In this document: positions 1 to 14,780 of the stretch, piece by piece
Numbering within the stretch: position 1 is the first letter of the stretch
Layout of the letters: the number at the start of each line of letters is the position of its first letter
Source of the DNA: Camelus dromedarius
Taxonomy: Eukaryota
DNA: 64,000 bases
Direction: 5' to 3'
Assembly: GCF_036321535.1 (NCBI RefSeq)
Contig: NC_087436.1
Location: 66,776,001-66,840,000, forward strand
Position numbers and translations under genes: made by a program
The notes under the pieces: generated by a model
Told to the model about the DNA's origin: nothing
Database searches by the model: none
Seen by the model: the letters and a program-made list of their open reading frames with translations, nothing else

Positions 1-1784
1 AGTGTTCTAAAACCCAAAAAAGTACACTAGAGATTCTAAAAATGTTAACATTTTATGTAGTCCTTTTCATTTGAAAAATTATAAGGCTTTTGTCTTACAA
101 ATTAGTACATACTCACACACATACACACATACACACAATTCACTGTAACACCAAATCTACAAATTTTAGTCCTCGAAAATTTGTTACCTTATATATCATT
201 AGATTCCCAATTTATAATTCTGAAAAAAGTTCAATCAAAAATCTGAAATCATGTAAAATCAAACACTTGTTCCTCTATTTTTTTCTAAGTCATTGTTTTA
301 GATTTTGTACTGATACTTTGACTTGTTTCAAGATGGCATAAATTAATACCTTGGGTACTTAGTTAACTTTGCTGTGTTTTGGCTGACTTCTATAAAATAT
401 GGATAATAATGAATCCTATCTCGTAGTTTTTGTGAAAATAAAGTGAGAGGATACTTTTCCCTTAGATCAGATATCATATGCTTTGGGAGAAAAGTGGTAG
501 CTACTACTCTTGGTATTATCATAATCAAAATGATAGAATGGATTCTCATTATCTCAGAGAAATTCATTTTTTCATGATCTATATAATATTACTACATAAG
601 TATTTCTATTTATAATATAACTAAACTAATTACATTCAGACCAATTCACATAAATACAGATGGCTAATGTAATTAAAGAAAATCATTTCCACAAAACACA
701 TTTTTTAAGGGTTTAGTGATCAGAACATACTGTGCATTAATATGTCATTAAGAAAATTAAAACTGAAGCTCCTTCTCTATGAATATCTGAAGTGGAATAG
801 TAATCCCCCAAATTACTCATTTTAAATAAACTCTGAGGATGCTCCCACAGTAACACCTCAGCACCAGATGGTATAAAAAACATGTTCTTTCCTTAATCAA
901 TAAATACTTGAAGTGCAGGTTGAAAATGCTTAAAGCCTCAGAGATAATTTAGAAATAGAAACCAAAATGTGCTAGAAATAGCAGCCAATCTAATTTATGT
1001 GAGCTATGGTTCAACACAGAGTCCATTTGCATTCCCATCAGATTTTAGCACCTGGAAGTCTGGAAGTAACTGTATGCAGTTATACCAAGATCATTATTAT
1101 CCAAGTTTAAAACAGTTTAGCCCTTCTAGGCTTAAATAGCAAAACTGTTGATCTTTGTTTTAACAAGATATTTTGACTTGTCCTTTGGAAGATTAAAACA
1201 TGATAACAGAAGCTTTCTAGACCCCCAAAAGATTCGAATGAAATTACTTTAGCCAAGCTTTACACAGAGTTGATCAATAAATGTACCAAGTGTGTCAGTG
1301 TAAGTAAGATAACCTCCTTCCTACTGAAGCAAGGTGATTATAAGTCTTGGGAAGAAATTCTCAAAGATACTAGATCAGAGAAGCAAGACTACAGGCTGTG
1401 GATAAATGATGACTCAAATTTCAAAGCAAGAGATCATACAAGTGGATAAGAAAAGCACTAAGATCCCAAAAGATAAATGAGAGAGGCAGGGAGAGTAATT
1501 TCACAAAAGAAGTATTTTAATTAGATAGATAGTATTTTCAGTTTACTGGTTAAAAAAAGGAAGACAATGTAAAGGTTGTGTTATTGATCCATTTTAAATA
1601 AAACGACAGCAACAATAACAAAATGATGGTACTCAGTGCTGGAGGAAAGAGTGTAGTTTGAGCCCTCAAAGGTGGCAGGGCATAGTAAGAAGTATCACCA
1701 GTGCTTTGGAGAATAATCCTCTGAAAGTTATTAAAGGGTGATAAAAATGTCCTTACCTTTTGACAACACTTGGGAGCAAAACAG

Positions 1785-1990
1785 ATAAGATCATGGGGTT
1801 TGTAGTCAAATTAGGAGCAGTCCTGGATGTACCCACTACGAAATGTATAGTTTTTGGTAAACTAGTCATTAATGTAAATGAGATAAATAATAGAAACTAT
1901 ACCATGTAGGGCTACTTTGAAGAGCAAGTTTGATTATACATGTAAAGCTCTCTGAAATGTCCTGGGCTCATAGACAGCACTTAAAAACAT
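1785..1990 (+). mobile_element. MIR SINE, degenerate
   Basis: MIR core-like 'gtaaatgagataaataatag...atacatgtaaagctctct...gggctcatag'; ends approximate. Confidence 0.55.
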
Positions 1991-3157
1991 TTTAACTGAT
2001 ATTAGTATAATAACATGGTCTTACAGCAAAAAGTAAGTTAGAGATAATATGCATGAGACTGGCTAGAGACTTTAGAGGAATTAATGACCAACACATATTT
2101 TGCAGTTAACAAAACCTATTTGTGGAGTCTATGATGCAATGAAATTAATTTGGTATAATATTACATTTTTTAAACATTAGGTAAAAATTAGCGTGCAGAG
2201 ATATAAAATGATGGCAAAAAATACGTAAGGCCTTTAATATCTACTGTGTTGGCCTAGGGACAATTCTATGGAACATTTGCATTTCTATGGGACAATTTCA
2301 GTCTTCTCTGATTTCAAATTTTTTTGTGGTTATTTTACTTTATAATTGTAAGAAAATTAAACAAAGAATTCAAATAATTCCAATTATGATGCTTATCACA
2401 ATATACTGTCATTTACACCCTATCAGTTTTGAAATGCTAAGAGTAATTTAAACAGGTAACAGGTATTTACAACAAAAGAAGGTGAGGATATTGTTCAGTG
2501 GTAATTAACATTGATAATGTTATATTATACATTTCTTAAAATATCTCATAATGAAACACCTTTTGCATCTGTGTCTTAATTTACTGCCACTCTTCTTAGA
2601 TTTAGTACTGATTTCCTGATGAAGCTAGGCAAAAACTGAAAAAAATTTTTTGCAAAAACTGAGAAAGGGATGAAATGCATAATGATAACCCAGGTGGTTC
2701 CCAAACTCTACTCCTCAGTCCCCATACTTCTGACAGAAAGGCATAAAATGATTCCACCCTCCAAGAGGAGGTAATGCAGAATGGCTGGAAAGAGTGTTTT
2801 TTTAAGTGCGTTTTTGAGTAATTCTGAGGGGAATCCCATGTCTACAACACATGCTTTGATTGTATGTGCAAAATCCAATGACTGTTTCCAAGTTGTGGTC
2901 TCAACAAACTGGAATAGGATATAGTTATACACAGTAATTTTAAAGAACTTTTCCAATTGGCTGCTTCCTTCTTACTCAGGAGCTCCTTATCCCTCAACAA
3001 TGATTGTAGGTGTCTCTTTATAACTTCCTAGGACCCCTTATCAATATTGTCCTTTCTGAGCATTAGTCCCTGGCAGGTGAGTTTTGAACCATCAGTGGAT
3101 CTCTTAGTCTTACTTAATCAAGTTCCAAAACTGATGCTCTTGTATCTTGCTGTGAAA

Positions 3158-4005
3158 TGTAAGAAATACATACATTGGTCTCTGTCCCATTCCTGACACA
3201 GAACTCCTAAAACCCTTGTTAAATAGGGGTACTAGGAGAATCTTTTATTCTAACATTAAGTCTTTGATCCCAGTTTCTGACACGGAGCTCCTAAAATGAT
3301 GTAATTTCCAAAGTGATAAGAGCACTAGGAGCATCTCTTGTTCTAATATTTAGTCTTTGACTCTGATTCCTGACACAAAGCTCCTAAATCTCTTGGAATT
3401 TCCTGGGTGATGGGAGTGTCTTTTGTTTTAATTTGGTGACCCTTGGTGGATTGGTCACCAGAAAAACCAAGTCATGATTAGAAGCTTGGAATTTTCAGTC
3501 TTATCTCTCATTCTCCAGAGAGGGGAGAGGGGCTGGAAATGGAGTTAATGATTCATTATGCCTACAAGATGAAGCCTCCATAAAAATCCTAAAAGTACAT
3601 CCACGTACTGGAAGGGAGCGCACCTCAGCTCCGCAGAAATGAAGATCCTGCACTTGGGACCCATATGGACCTAGCCCCGTGTATCTCTTCATTTGTCTAT
3701 CTACATCCTTTATCAAATTGTTTCTTATATAATCAACTGATAAATGTACAGACTATTTCCCAGGGTTCTGTGAGCTGTTTTAGCAAATAATCAAATCCAA
3801 GGAGGGGGATCATGGGATGGGAAGGCCTCCTATTTGTGGCCAAGTTGGACAGAAGCTGTGGGGAACCTGGGGACCTACTTATTGTGACTGGTGTCTGAAG
3901 TAAGGGGCAGTCTGAGACTGAGCCCTTAACCTGTGAGGTCTGTGCCAACTCTGTTTAGTGTCAAGTTGAACCAAACTATAGGACACTAGGCTGATGTCAG
4001 AGAAT
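3158..4005 (+). mobile_element. MER21-like LTR
   Basis: Starts TG; 'tcctgacacagaactcctaaaacccttg' and 'ggaatttcctgggtgatggg' motifs typical of MER21-type LTRs; internal triplication. Confidence 0.7.
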
Positions 4006-4239
4006 ACGGGACCCCAGAAAAATGCCCTGTTTGTTGTTGCCTTTCTGTTCTGCCCAGCTTTTCTGTAAAACCTCAGGACCCTAACCCCAAGAGGGGCTCA
4101 CAGTCTCTAAGCACTAGCCTGCTGTGACTTCCCTTTGCCTGGCAAAGCAATAAATCAGTTCTTTTCTAATTCTCCCAAAACTCTGCCCCCCAAGTCTCAG
4201 TTTGGCTATCAGGGCCCAGAGGCCATCTTTTTGGCAACA
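4006..4239 (+). mobile_element. ERV1-like LTR 3' portion (R/U5)
   Basis: 'cctttgcctggcaaagcAATAAA' poly(A) region and terminal 'ttggcaaCA'. Confidence 0.65.
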
Positions 4240-5234
4240 GAAGCACAATTTCTTCTTCCATATCTTCCAGCTCTTTTCATTTCTACCCTCTCCCCTATTC
4301 CCATCTCCCCCTCCTCTGTTGAAAAATTCAAAACATTTGTATGGGGAGCCCTGTTACGAACCTTTCTTCATTAATAGCTTATTACCAGGGTAAAAAAAAA
4401 ATCTCAAAAATTAACTCACAATAAATCACATACAACAACTAAATTGCATTTATCTGAGTCTAGTCCTTATCATAGCAAAATATATTACATTTCGCTTTAA
4501 AGTATTAAAAGATGGGTGTCATAAAAATACTGAATGATCAGATTATGCTATATTATTCAAACACATGTATAAAATAGATTAAGTCGTGTACGTCACTAAG
4601 CCAAACCTTAAATAAATTATACACATTCAAAGACTTCTAAAATAAAAATGAACCTCCAAATTCTGCAAACCTAAATGTTCCATGTATAGCCATCCTTTTG
4701 TCTTAAGGATAAAGTCACAAAAACAAACAAACGAACAAATTCACTTTAACTTCGGAATCAGGGACTCTCCTCCTTTCTTTCTCTGAAGACAGCTACTACG
4801 ATCCTGGCATATCAAACCACATAAAAGCAGAAAGAAAACTTGAGGTGAGTTATCTTTAGACTACACTTCAGTTGGTTTATTTCACAAGCTATACTTTAAT
4901 GATGATTCATTGTACTTCTTTTAATCATTCTAATGGGCCAGAGATCATTAAAAAACAAGTTATTCTTCCATAAATGCCACAGGTGAAAACATAGATGCAA
5001 CTCCTAAACTTTACTGAACATGTTAGATTCAGTTTCCTTATTCCGGTACATATGGCAGACTCAAAATGAATTTCACCAAATATTAACCACCTTTTGTAAA
5101 CTTTTTGCTACAGCAGACAAAATCATTCTCGTTATCAGCAAATATTTACTGAGGATCTATGTGCTGTGCTTTAAGAATAAGAAAGTACACATTAAAAAAG
5201 CTTTCTACTCACGTTATAGAATGATTCTAAACCG

Positions 5235-5410
5235 GGCTACTGATTAGGGTCAACCAGGAAGTTTTGGAAAAAAAGCAAAACAAAACAAACCACAGTGCCC
5301 AAGCCTCATCCCAGGACAATCAAATCGGAACACTTTGACTGTGGGACCCAAGCATTATTATTTTTCAAAATCTGTTAGTTGATTTCTTTCAGGTTGACAA
5401 CCACTGATCC
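5235..5410. mobile_element. MER5-like hAT-Charlie DNA transposon remnant
   Basis: 'gtgcccaagcctcatcccaggacaatcaaatcggaa...gtgggacccaagcat' and terminal 'gttgacaaccactg'. Confidence 0.55.
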
Positions 5411-7377
5411 AACAGGTACTCAACAGATACTTGTCCTGAATTATGTGTCTTATAGTAGTCTTAGGGGAATTTACTTAATGAATACAAAGGAAAAGGTTTG
5501 TAATTAGCATAGTAATGGTCTGCATGCTAATAAAAACTTCTAAAGTGCCTGAAGGTGCTTAAATACAATTCGTTCTCTGGTAAGTACTTAAAATAATTCT
5601 CCTGCAATTTGTTTACAGTGTTAATTTATATTACCTACAAATGAAAACTGGTTTGTTAAGTAACTTTAAATTTCATCTTCTCCTCCATCTTTTTAAACCA
5701 TAAGCTTTTTTCCCCCCTAACATTTAACTTTACAGGTTTCTTTCAGTTAATGCTTAATAACAGACTTTTTTGTACTTCTGTGCTTCAATACTAGGTACTT
5801 GCGTTCTTTAGGAGTCATAATACCTCAAACAAAATAACAAATCTGTAAGGCTATCTTTATTCACTCTCCTCATTTTGCCCTTCTGAGCTACTGGACCACG
5901 GACTAACATAAAGTTATGCAAAAAGCAAAGCTCAGTTTTCTCCAGGCTTGTCAGGAAAGCCTTCAAGAAGTGGTGAATATTTTGATGTATAAGATTTTCT
6001 TTTCAACTGTTACAGAGCTAGAGTAAACCAGAGCTACATATACATACCTTTAGTTATATACATACGTACTATGTATATATTTATTTATTGCATTTATGTA
6101 TGAGAATTCAAGCCATTAATGAGGCAGGAAGGCATGAAGATGAGGCTGGCTGGGGAGGGTCTCAGGCAGAGGTTGTGGAAGGCCTTGTAGACAGGTTTAA
6201 AGAGTCACAATAAACTGGACACACCACGTGCATTCTTGTTGCCATGCCTTGTCCATCACGCACTCTCTCTCGACAAACTTGCAAAATTTCTCTTTATCCT
6301 CTGCGTTCTGCTCAAATTTACAATTTCTGTAACAGTATTTCTGTACCCCTAAAGGTAAAGATAATTATACCCTCCATTCTATAATTGCACCAATTTTTTA
6401 AAAATACAACACTAACTGTAGAAATTATCTGATTGCATGTTTGTCTCCATATTAGACTGTTCATGCTATGAAAGCAAGAAGCATATCAAAGAATCAAATT
6501 TTATCAAAAAAGCAAGTTCTACAGGTCACCAAGGTCAGAAAAATCAAGTGAGCCCACAACAAGAGGTTACATGAACCAAGTACTTTTGCTAAAAGCTGCC
6601 CAGTGTGATATTTTGAAAAAGAAAATCCAATTGTTTCACCTTTTCATACATTTCATCATTTAATTTTTTATGTTATTCAAATTTAAATAATTGAACGTCA
6701 GTACTATATTATTATACATGTGTCTATATGTCTATTCGTACATATATAAATATAAATATATTTAAGTATACTTTAGATATGGCCAATAAAACAGTAACTA
6801 AAAAAAATATTTGATCTATATGTTCTTGTCAAGTATATATGATTTTTTGGATTAAACTTTCTAAAAACTCAACTTTCTTTTCAAGTAACAAATAGGAAAC
6901 AGGACATCGTAAGCATTATATGGGTAGGGCAGACTACACATTTTCAAACTGATATCTAACTCAAAAACTGGCAAACAGTCTGGTAAAAGAATAAGTTTAA
7001 GAACCACTAAAAATGAATAAAAATAATATTTTTTTCAAGTTTATCTCAATTTCAATTCCCCCTCCTTTTCTTTTTCCTCATCTCCCACTTTCCTTCTCTG
7101 GCATTGTAAGACATATAGTTTCTTCAGTTCTTTGTTAAATCAAAATCCTTCTTAAACAATTTCAACCCTCTACCTTCAAAATTACTTTTATAAACCAATT
7201 AAGATTCAAGGTGATGCTGATTTGAACTAGTTATTTATCTGATCACCTAAAAGTAAAAGGAATTCACAGTATATTCATGGCTACAGTCCTTATAATTTTC
7301 TCTCCTCTTTAATTAAAAAAAACTGAACATTAAGCTTATAAAAGGACTTGTAACACTATTTGGTGAAATTCATGAAG

Positions 7378-7792
7378 TGAGAGACTAAATATACAAATGG
7401 ACAATGATCAGACCAAATAGAAAAATAGAACTCTGATCCAAAATCTGCAGCAACCAGCTTAGGAAGCCAAATTATAACCTCTGTAATAACTGACCCAAGT
7501 GATCAGAACTTTATCAATAAATGCCAGCTTCCCGAATTTTTGTCGCTAGTTAGGACTAGTGGAAGTCTAATCAGTCACACAGGAGGCCCACCTCCAGCTT
7601 CCCCTGGCCAATAGCCTCCCAGCAGGGCGGGCCTGAAGCTTTCCCTTTCTTTGTAATAAAGTTTTTACACCACTGCCTGCCTTTGAGTCTCTGCCAAACT
7701 CAGGTGATGGTGGCTGATTCTCTTGCTATAGCAAGCTCTTAATAAATCGCCTTTGCTTGTTCTCATTTGGGTATTGTTTGTTTACTTCCACA
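7378..7792 (+). mobile_element. ERV1 solo LTR (MER34/MER39-like)
   Basis: TG...CA termini, perfect 4-bp TSD GAAG (7374-7377 and 7793-7796), AATAAA at 7741. Confidence 0.85.
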
Positions 7793-8879
7793 GAAGAGAT
7801 AATCTTTACCAGTCCAATAAAGAGAAATTACACAGATACAGCTTTGGAACCATCCACTATCTTGGTTCTGTTCTGGAACAATAATAGTGTTGATATACAA
7901 AATACTGAATCATGTGTTTCTCCTGCAGGATGACACCTCCACCGAGCAAACATCAATTACCTCCATTTCTAGAAGCCTAAAGTTACAACAGGCTCCTTTC
8001 ACTGAACTTTCCCTTCCCAGTCGTTTCCCAGCTGAATCAGGTCTGTCTGTGAGGTTTCTTTAAGAGGAATGTACGACTGTCATGACTAACTCGACAGTGC
8101 TTATCTACTTTAGGTTTTAATTTATTTCGAGAGAAGTAGACAGGAAAAAGCAGGGGGAAATAAAGTTGCAAAAAATGATGCTAATTTTGCCAGCTTAAAA
8201 ACATTAGAATATTCTAAGCACAGCTCTGATAGTAACATATGTTTTAAACACTACTTTGTCTTAATGAAAGTGTACTACTAATTAAAAATATGAGTGGGTC
8301 AAAGAGGGAAGAGATTAGTCAAAGAAGTAAGCCAATATTTAAGATCTGATTTATTTATCTCCCTTCATTGTGGCTCTTAAATATTTTTCCAAAGTTGAAT
8401 CACATTTATTATACACACAACTTATAAAGTAGAAAAATCAGGACTAAAGTTTCAATTTAATTATATCACTCTCAAATAATTAAAGTAATTGTGGAAGTAC
8501 ACTAAAATGATCAAAACACAAGGAATGTGTGTGTTTTGTGATAAATAAATTATGAGAATTGAATTAATTATGAGAATAATTTAAAAGGAAGCTAGAGGTC
8601 CATTTTCATATTAAGCTATTCAAATTCTGTAAATACATTTTGTTTTCTATTAGTCAGTAGTATCAAAGTCATATATATGACAGTTGTAAGTGTTTAAAAT
8701 TAAATATAATGATGATAAATGTTAACTATTCTTATACATTATCACATATATAACACAACAGTGGTTAATTATGATTGCAATTGCTTTACATACATGGAAA
8801 AGTACTTATGTCAAATATTTGTAATTGTGACCATATGTGATTCCCCAATAGAAATTTGCCTGGACAAAGACTGAAAAAA

Positions 8880-9545
8880 TATTTTTAAATTATAATGCTT
8901 AAACTAACACGATCCTGGTACACATTAGAAGAAGAGGTTTGATGGCCCAGTGGCAGTACAGACAAAGGAACAGCTATGTAGACACTTATTTACGATATGC
9001 TACTTGTAGAGACATGTAACAGCATCATGAGAGGGTGATAAACAGTGCTGGTACTTACACAAGTCTATAGAAAATATTAATTTAGATCCTCAACCATGTA
9101 AAATTAACATTTTTTGTATCCCATGAAAAATAAATATTACTAAAAAGCAAACAAATCTTGCCACTTCTAAAGATGTATCTCCACTATATGGAAAGCTAAG
9201 ATCCTACTAGCCTAAATGGGTAAAGAGCATGTACACATAATTTACAAAATAGGTAATAAAATAGCTAATGACTATACTCATTACATATATATTAATGAGC
9301 CTATTAAATCTCAAAAATAAAAAGAAACGCAATTAAAAACACAGAACTATTTTTCTCCTATCAAATTAGCAGAGACTGACTAGTTTGTGAACCACCAAGC
9401 AATTTCATGCACTGTAGGGGGGAATTGTAATTGGTACAATGATTTAAGAGGGTCATTTGTCAACATGTATCAACAATCTTCAAAATATTCATATTCATTG
9501 ACCCTTACTTTGATTATATGAATGTATTCTAAGAACATTAGAGAT
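8880..9545 (+). mobile_element. Ancient L1 (L1ME-like) ORF2/3' fragment
   Basis: Degenerate L1 motifs ('gaaacgcaattaaaaacac', 'cctatcaaattagca', 'gtaattggtacaa'); ends approximate. Confidence 0.5.
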
Positions 9546-11167
9546 AAAAATAGTAATCCCCCTCCCTTAAAAAAACATAACAAAAGAAAACAAGCAAAAC
9601 AAAAGGGAAAGCATATGGAAAAGGTTAGACCTTAGAATATCAAAGAGGTAATAAATGTTTGCTTTTAAAATATTTTCAATTACACAAGAAATTTTTATAT
9701 TATAATGCTAATCAAAGGAAAACAGAAAACAAAACTATAAATTTTGAACTCAAATATGTATATAAAATACCTTAAATATATATGGCTAAATGTTAATACT
9801 GACTGCCCCTGGTGAATATACATGATTGATTTTCTGTCTATATTTTGTCTTGAATGTTCTAAATACTTTTTAATCAGAAATTTTAAAAATGCATAAATAA
9901 AATAGCAGCTAGTCAGAAATTAGGACAATGATTATAACCATGCCAACTATGTAATAAGCAATGTAAAAAAACTGACTGAAATGTATAGGAAAGGTGGGCA
10001 GCAAGAGGTCTTGGTAATGTCATGGATTAAAATCAAGATTTTCATCTAAGGAAATAGCTATTAATCTAACCTCTGAAAATATTTTAGGATACAGCTGAAG
10101 CATTTCAGCAGACTGAATATTTGAGGTCTAAGGAGACAAAACGCAATGGGTGGGAAGATGGAAGCAGAATTGATAGTGAGTTTCACTTCAGGACATATTA
10201 ATGCACTGAGATGACTCCCTACTAGACTTCCAAGCTGGGCTATTTAAGAGTCCTCTTAGCGTGAGGGGCTTTTCAAAGAGCTGGAGAGACAAGAGCAGGA
10301 GCCCATCACCCTGACTTTGGGGAGCTGATAGGAACCAATGGGCCAGACTGCCCAAGCCCCATCCAGATATGTGATATGCACAGAAGGACTTCCCATTTCA
10401 GTTTATTGGATGGGGATTTAGAAGCCTCAGGGCTTGGGCAGAAAAATACTGGGTGGTAAAATAGACATCTACTTGGAATTCAAAGTAGCTATTTCCCTCC
10501 CGGGGCCGGTGAGTGACAGTACACACTAGCACAGGTTTGGAATGATTACTTTTAAGCCTTTAAGACTCCTGGCCCTTTGCATTCCAGATGACTAGAGAAA
10601 GGTAAGTCTAGTTGACCATCAGACGTACATTTGAATCAGGTGGAATAGAAGGAGGTCAGAAAAATTCAGATATCAATATCAAAATAGATCAAGAGGTCCT
10701 TATGTATTAGAAAACACACAAAGTCATGCAAATATAGAATTCTGGTTTAGCATATATCTTTCTCATCAAACTGTATATATAAACAATGCTCAATATCACT
10801 TATCATGTAAATGCTGTTTTGATGATAACTTAGGTTTTACATCATCTTTGGCGTGATCAAATAGAGGTTAGTCATTTAGGTGACTAAATTCTTCTTAAAA
10901 ATTTTCTGAGGAAGATTGGGCTTATAGATTGGCATTTTCCTGATAATCTTATCTGCAGTAAATTAAGAATAATTCTATAAATTTAATACCTATTGGTTAA
11001 ATACTTATGCTAAACTTAGTATCCTTAAAAATGTAGCAATATTTTGCTGACACATATGAAAATCTCACAAACAACTTTAGCAGTGAGGATTTGTGGTAAA
11101 TTCCAGTATATCTAGGAAATAGTAATATTAACATAGAAAATATTTCACTTAATCTTATATACTTACA

Positions 11168-11338
11168 TTTTTTAAAAGTAGCTTTTTAGGTTTTATTTAT
11201 TATTATATTATTTAATTATTTTATTTTGGTGGTGGGAGGTAACTAGGTTTATTTCTTTTTAAAGGAGGTACTGGGGATTGAACCCAGGACCTCATGCATG
11301 CTAAGCAAGTGCTCTACCACTTGAGCTATACCCTCCCC
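11168..11338 (-). mobile_element. Camelid tRNA-derived SINE (Vic-1-like)
   Basis: Reverse complement begins GGGGAGGGTATAGCTCAAGTGGTAGAGCACTTGCTTAGCATGCATGAGGTCCTGGGTTCAATCCCC (Pol III A and B boxes); A-rich tail; TSD t[a/g]tatacttaca at 11156-11167 and 11339-11350. Confidence 0.88.
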
Positions 11339-14300
11339 TGTATACTTACATATTTTCAAGATGTTTGTTCAACTCGTTGCTTTGTGACTATATGTTATGA
11401 TTATCTTTTACATTTTTATGGGTACTATGTTCTCATATTTTAAAAAAGACATATCTCTTTGTATTAAACAGGGAAAGTGGAATTTAAACAAAGTATTAAC
11501 AAATTAAATTATTAAACAATCAAAGCTATATGACCTCAATTGAACTCCATACGGATAGATTTCTTTTTAAATGTTGGCAAGATGTGTACGTCATCAAGAA
11601 TAGAATTAGTTCAAACCAATGTCTATTAAACTTGCTTCAGGAAAACCAAACAAAATAGACATAGGAGTGTGAAAGCAGCACTAGGATTTCCCACTGTCGA
11701 TGTGTGGAGGGCCCTTGGAGGTGGAGAAGAGGTGTTTGTGATATACCTGAGAATATTTGAATGCCATGGACTATTCAGTCTGGAGGGACACTGAAGAGGA
11801 ATTACATAGTTGGTCTAAGAACAGCCTAAGAAAACCCAAGAAACAGAGAAGTTTTCCTCTACTAATCACCACATGGAGGTCTCAATCTGTCAACCTGATG
11901 ATATCTTCCCATTCAGGATGAAAATGGTGTGTGGAGAGGAAGCAAAAACAAAGAAATGAAAACCTACAATAGGCCCCCCCCAAACCTTCTGTCTTGCCTT
12001 TCAATCAACCCTGACTCAAGAGAACTCATGACCATTACGGAGATGTACAACCAAGCACCAGACCATAAGATTAGGAAGGAAAAAATGAGTCTTCATAAAT
12101 CATAATTAAAAAGATACAATTAAAACTAAAAGAATAATAAAAACTGACACTGCTTTCTGCAATACTGATGGCTCCAAAAGAGAGGACAACACCCACAGAC
12201 TATTGACAGCAAATGTATGTCAAAGATCTGATACAGAAAAGCATGTCGTTCTTATGTGAGGTTACAAACTCAGGGGAGTAAGAAATGAGAAAGAAGCAAG
12301 GAGTGAGAGATAGTAAAAGAATTTGGTAAGCAAGATAATTGGGCTATATTATGGTTTGTAGCATTATCACTATCTCAGCCATCAGCTAGATCTGAAGTCA
12401 ACCCTTCTACACGGCATGATAAAGAATTCAGCTGTTTGAGACTGAGTTGCTAATCCATTAGAAACATTTCTTTCTTTCCGGGTTCATGCCAGTTTTAAAA
12501 AAGAGCACAGGTCTTGAATAAATGGGGCTGCTATTATTTGGAACATTGTTCATTTGCTTCATTGCTCAGCAATAAGTTTATTCCTAGACATGGCTCAGGA
12601 AATTAACTGATTTTTTATTGTTGTTGACTAGATGGCCAACCCTTTGGCATAGGACCGTGTTATTGATTTTCTCTATAGAGCTGGCCATAAGGTTCCTATG
12701 AAAGCCTGTGCTATTGTGGGTTCTGAGAGACGTGGTGAGATTCCCAGAAACCTAGCAGAGTTTTCTGCCAGAGCCCAGCATCTTCTGGTATGTCACACTG
12801 TTCTCTCTTCCAGATGGGGATCATATTCTTACAGAAATGGAGCTTCAGACAAGAAGCAAATTTTGCTGTTGTGGTTAGCCTTCTGACCTGCCCTGTGTTT
12901 CACAGTACTTGAAATCTGAAATGCTCTAGATTCTTTGCTAAAATAATTTTCATCTCTGTAAATCAATGACATTAAATTGCCTCCAGTACCATAAATAGAA
13001 TTTTTCCTTCCAAACGTTTGCCTCAATATAACTTCCTGAGAGTTGCAATGATGTTTACATGTTTGATCTGTGAGAAGTCGCAGGTGGGATATTCAATAAT
13101 GTTGAGCAATTGAGCCAGTAACCCTCATGGGTTCAGTTTCCTAGGACGATTTACTTCCCACAGTGGGCAATTAGTTGTTGCTATGCTCCTAGTCTTTCTG
13201 GCACTGCTCTGCCCTGATCCCCATTTGTCAGTTATTAATAAATTATGATCTGCTCTCTATCTGTGATTCAGAGCCTTTGAAGGAAAAAGCATATAATCAT
13301 GAGAAAACAGAAGGCATAACAACTCTCAGATATTAAATCAATACACATGCCTGTATTTATTATAGTTTTATGAAGTCACATCTATTGCTAATTCATAAAC
13401 TACTGAGATTTCCTTTTAATGATCTGTTTTCTAAAATCAGTGATTGCATGTGTTCAGTACAAATATTTGCCTATTTAGCATTATTTTAAAATAAAATAGT
13501 ATTTGATTAAGATATTTTATACAAAACTTACACTTATCAAGTTCCAAAACTACATAATTTAGTTGTTAAAGATGTCAAATATAGCAACATATCCATGATG
13601 CCCCGAACTTGAAGAGAATCAAGAGAGAAATACAATTATGTTGATGTACATTATCATTTATAAAAAGCTAGTACTGCTTAATATTACCAGGTGCATCATC
13701 CTGGCATTAGGATGTGCAGATGTCAAATAAACAACATAAACTAGTTAAGATTTCTTAACTCCTATGCAACAGTTCTTTGATATCACTGCATTTATTTTAT
13801 TGATGGCACCAAAAGTTTCACTATTCAGTAAGAAAGTACATTTACGGGTTAGGTATTTTATTGTGCTCATGTCAGAGTTACTGACATTTTTCACTTTCCA
13901 AACTATCAACACCAATAGGGAAAAATGAGACAAAGCACTTCAAATAGAGATTGATGCCCAGTTTATCTTTAATTCAATAATTTATGAGGCATTCATTCAA
14001 TCACGTTATGTGGGAGAGCCACAGAAGTCTTTATCCTCTAAATACTTACTGGCGGGCAAAAGAGAGCAGATATTTACTCAGTGGACTATAATTTGTGGTT
14101 GAAAATGTTAAATTCCTTGATAAATACTGATATATTGTTCTGAGACTTAAGTGGAAGGAGAGAATGCTTTGGCTAAAGGAATTGAGGAAGGTTTTATGAT
14201 AGAAAGAATGGCTGATGTGAGTCTTGATATGCGGGTGAGGTATAAATATTGAGAAGAAATGGAAGATATGGAAAAAAGGCACAGGGTGAGACCCTCTTTC

Positions 14301-14544
14301 TTCACTCCCACCTCATGTGCTTTGTCTGAGCCGGACCCTACGTCGTGTTCAGGCCTGAGCTCTAACTGTACTGCTATGCAGCACACCTTCCCTGTCCTCT
14401 TTTTAGTTAAGGCCCCAGTGCTACTGACTGATTTACTCTGTGGGGCTGTGTATCAGATTCCTGTCAGAGCCTGTGCCATACGAGCTCTGACAGCAAAGGT
14501 CAAGAGCTCTGAAGTAGGGGCTGGATTCAGGATGGTGACCAATC

Positions 14545-14780
14545 CCACTTCAGTCATCCAACAATTGTCTGGTCTCCTGCTACCTCACTGACACTCCTAC
14601 TCAGTCTCCTTCGGCTGGATCTTCCTCCTTCACTCAACCTCTCAACACGACTCAGAGTGCCCCACTCTCCCCCCGGGCTCTACCCAAATAGCCTCATTTT
14701 GATCAGTGGCTTTAAATACCATATTTGTGCCAGAGCATTCTTGAATCAAGTGTCTCCAACTGCATAGTAGATAATATTTT
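14545..14780 (+). mobile_element. L2 LINE fragment
   Basis: 'tcagtctccttcggctggatcttcctcc...tggctttaaataccatat...tctccaactgc' is typical of L2. Confidence 0.55.

Noticed and set aside
12350..12900. Possible ancient LTR or other repeat
   Set aside because: I cannot assign a family or termini with confidence.
14259..14591. 110-aa ORF
   Set aside because: No recognisable homology, overlaps degenerate repeat sequence, and its length is within chance expectation.
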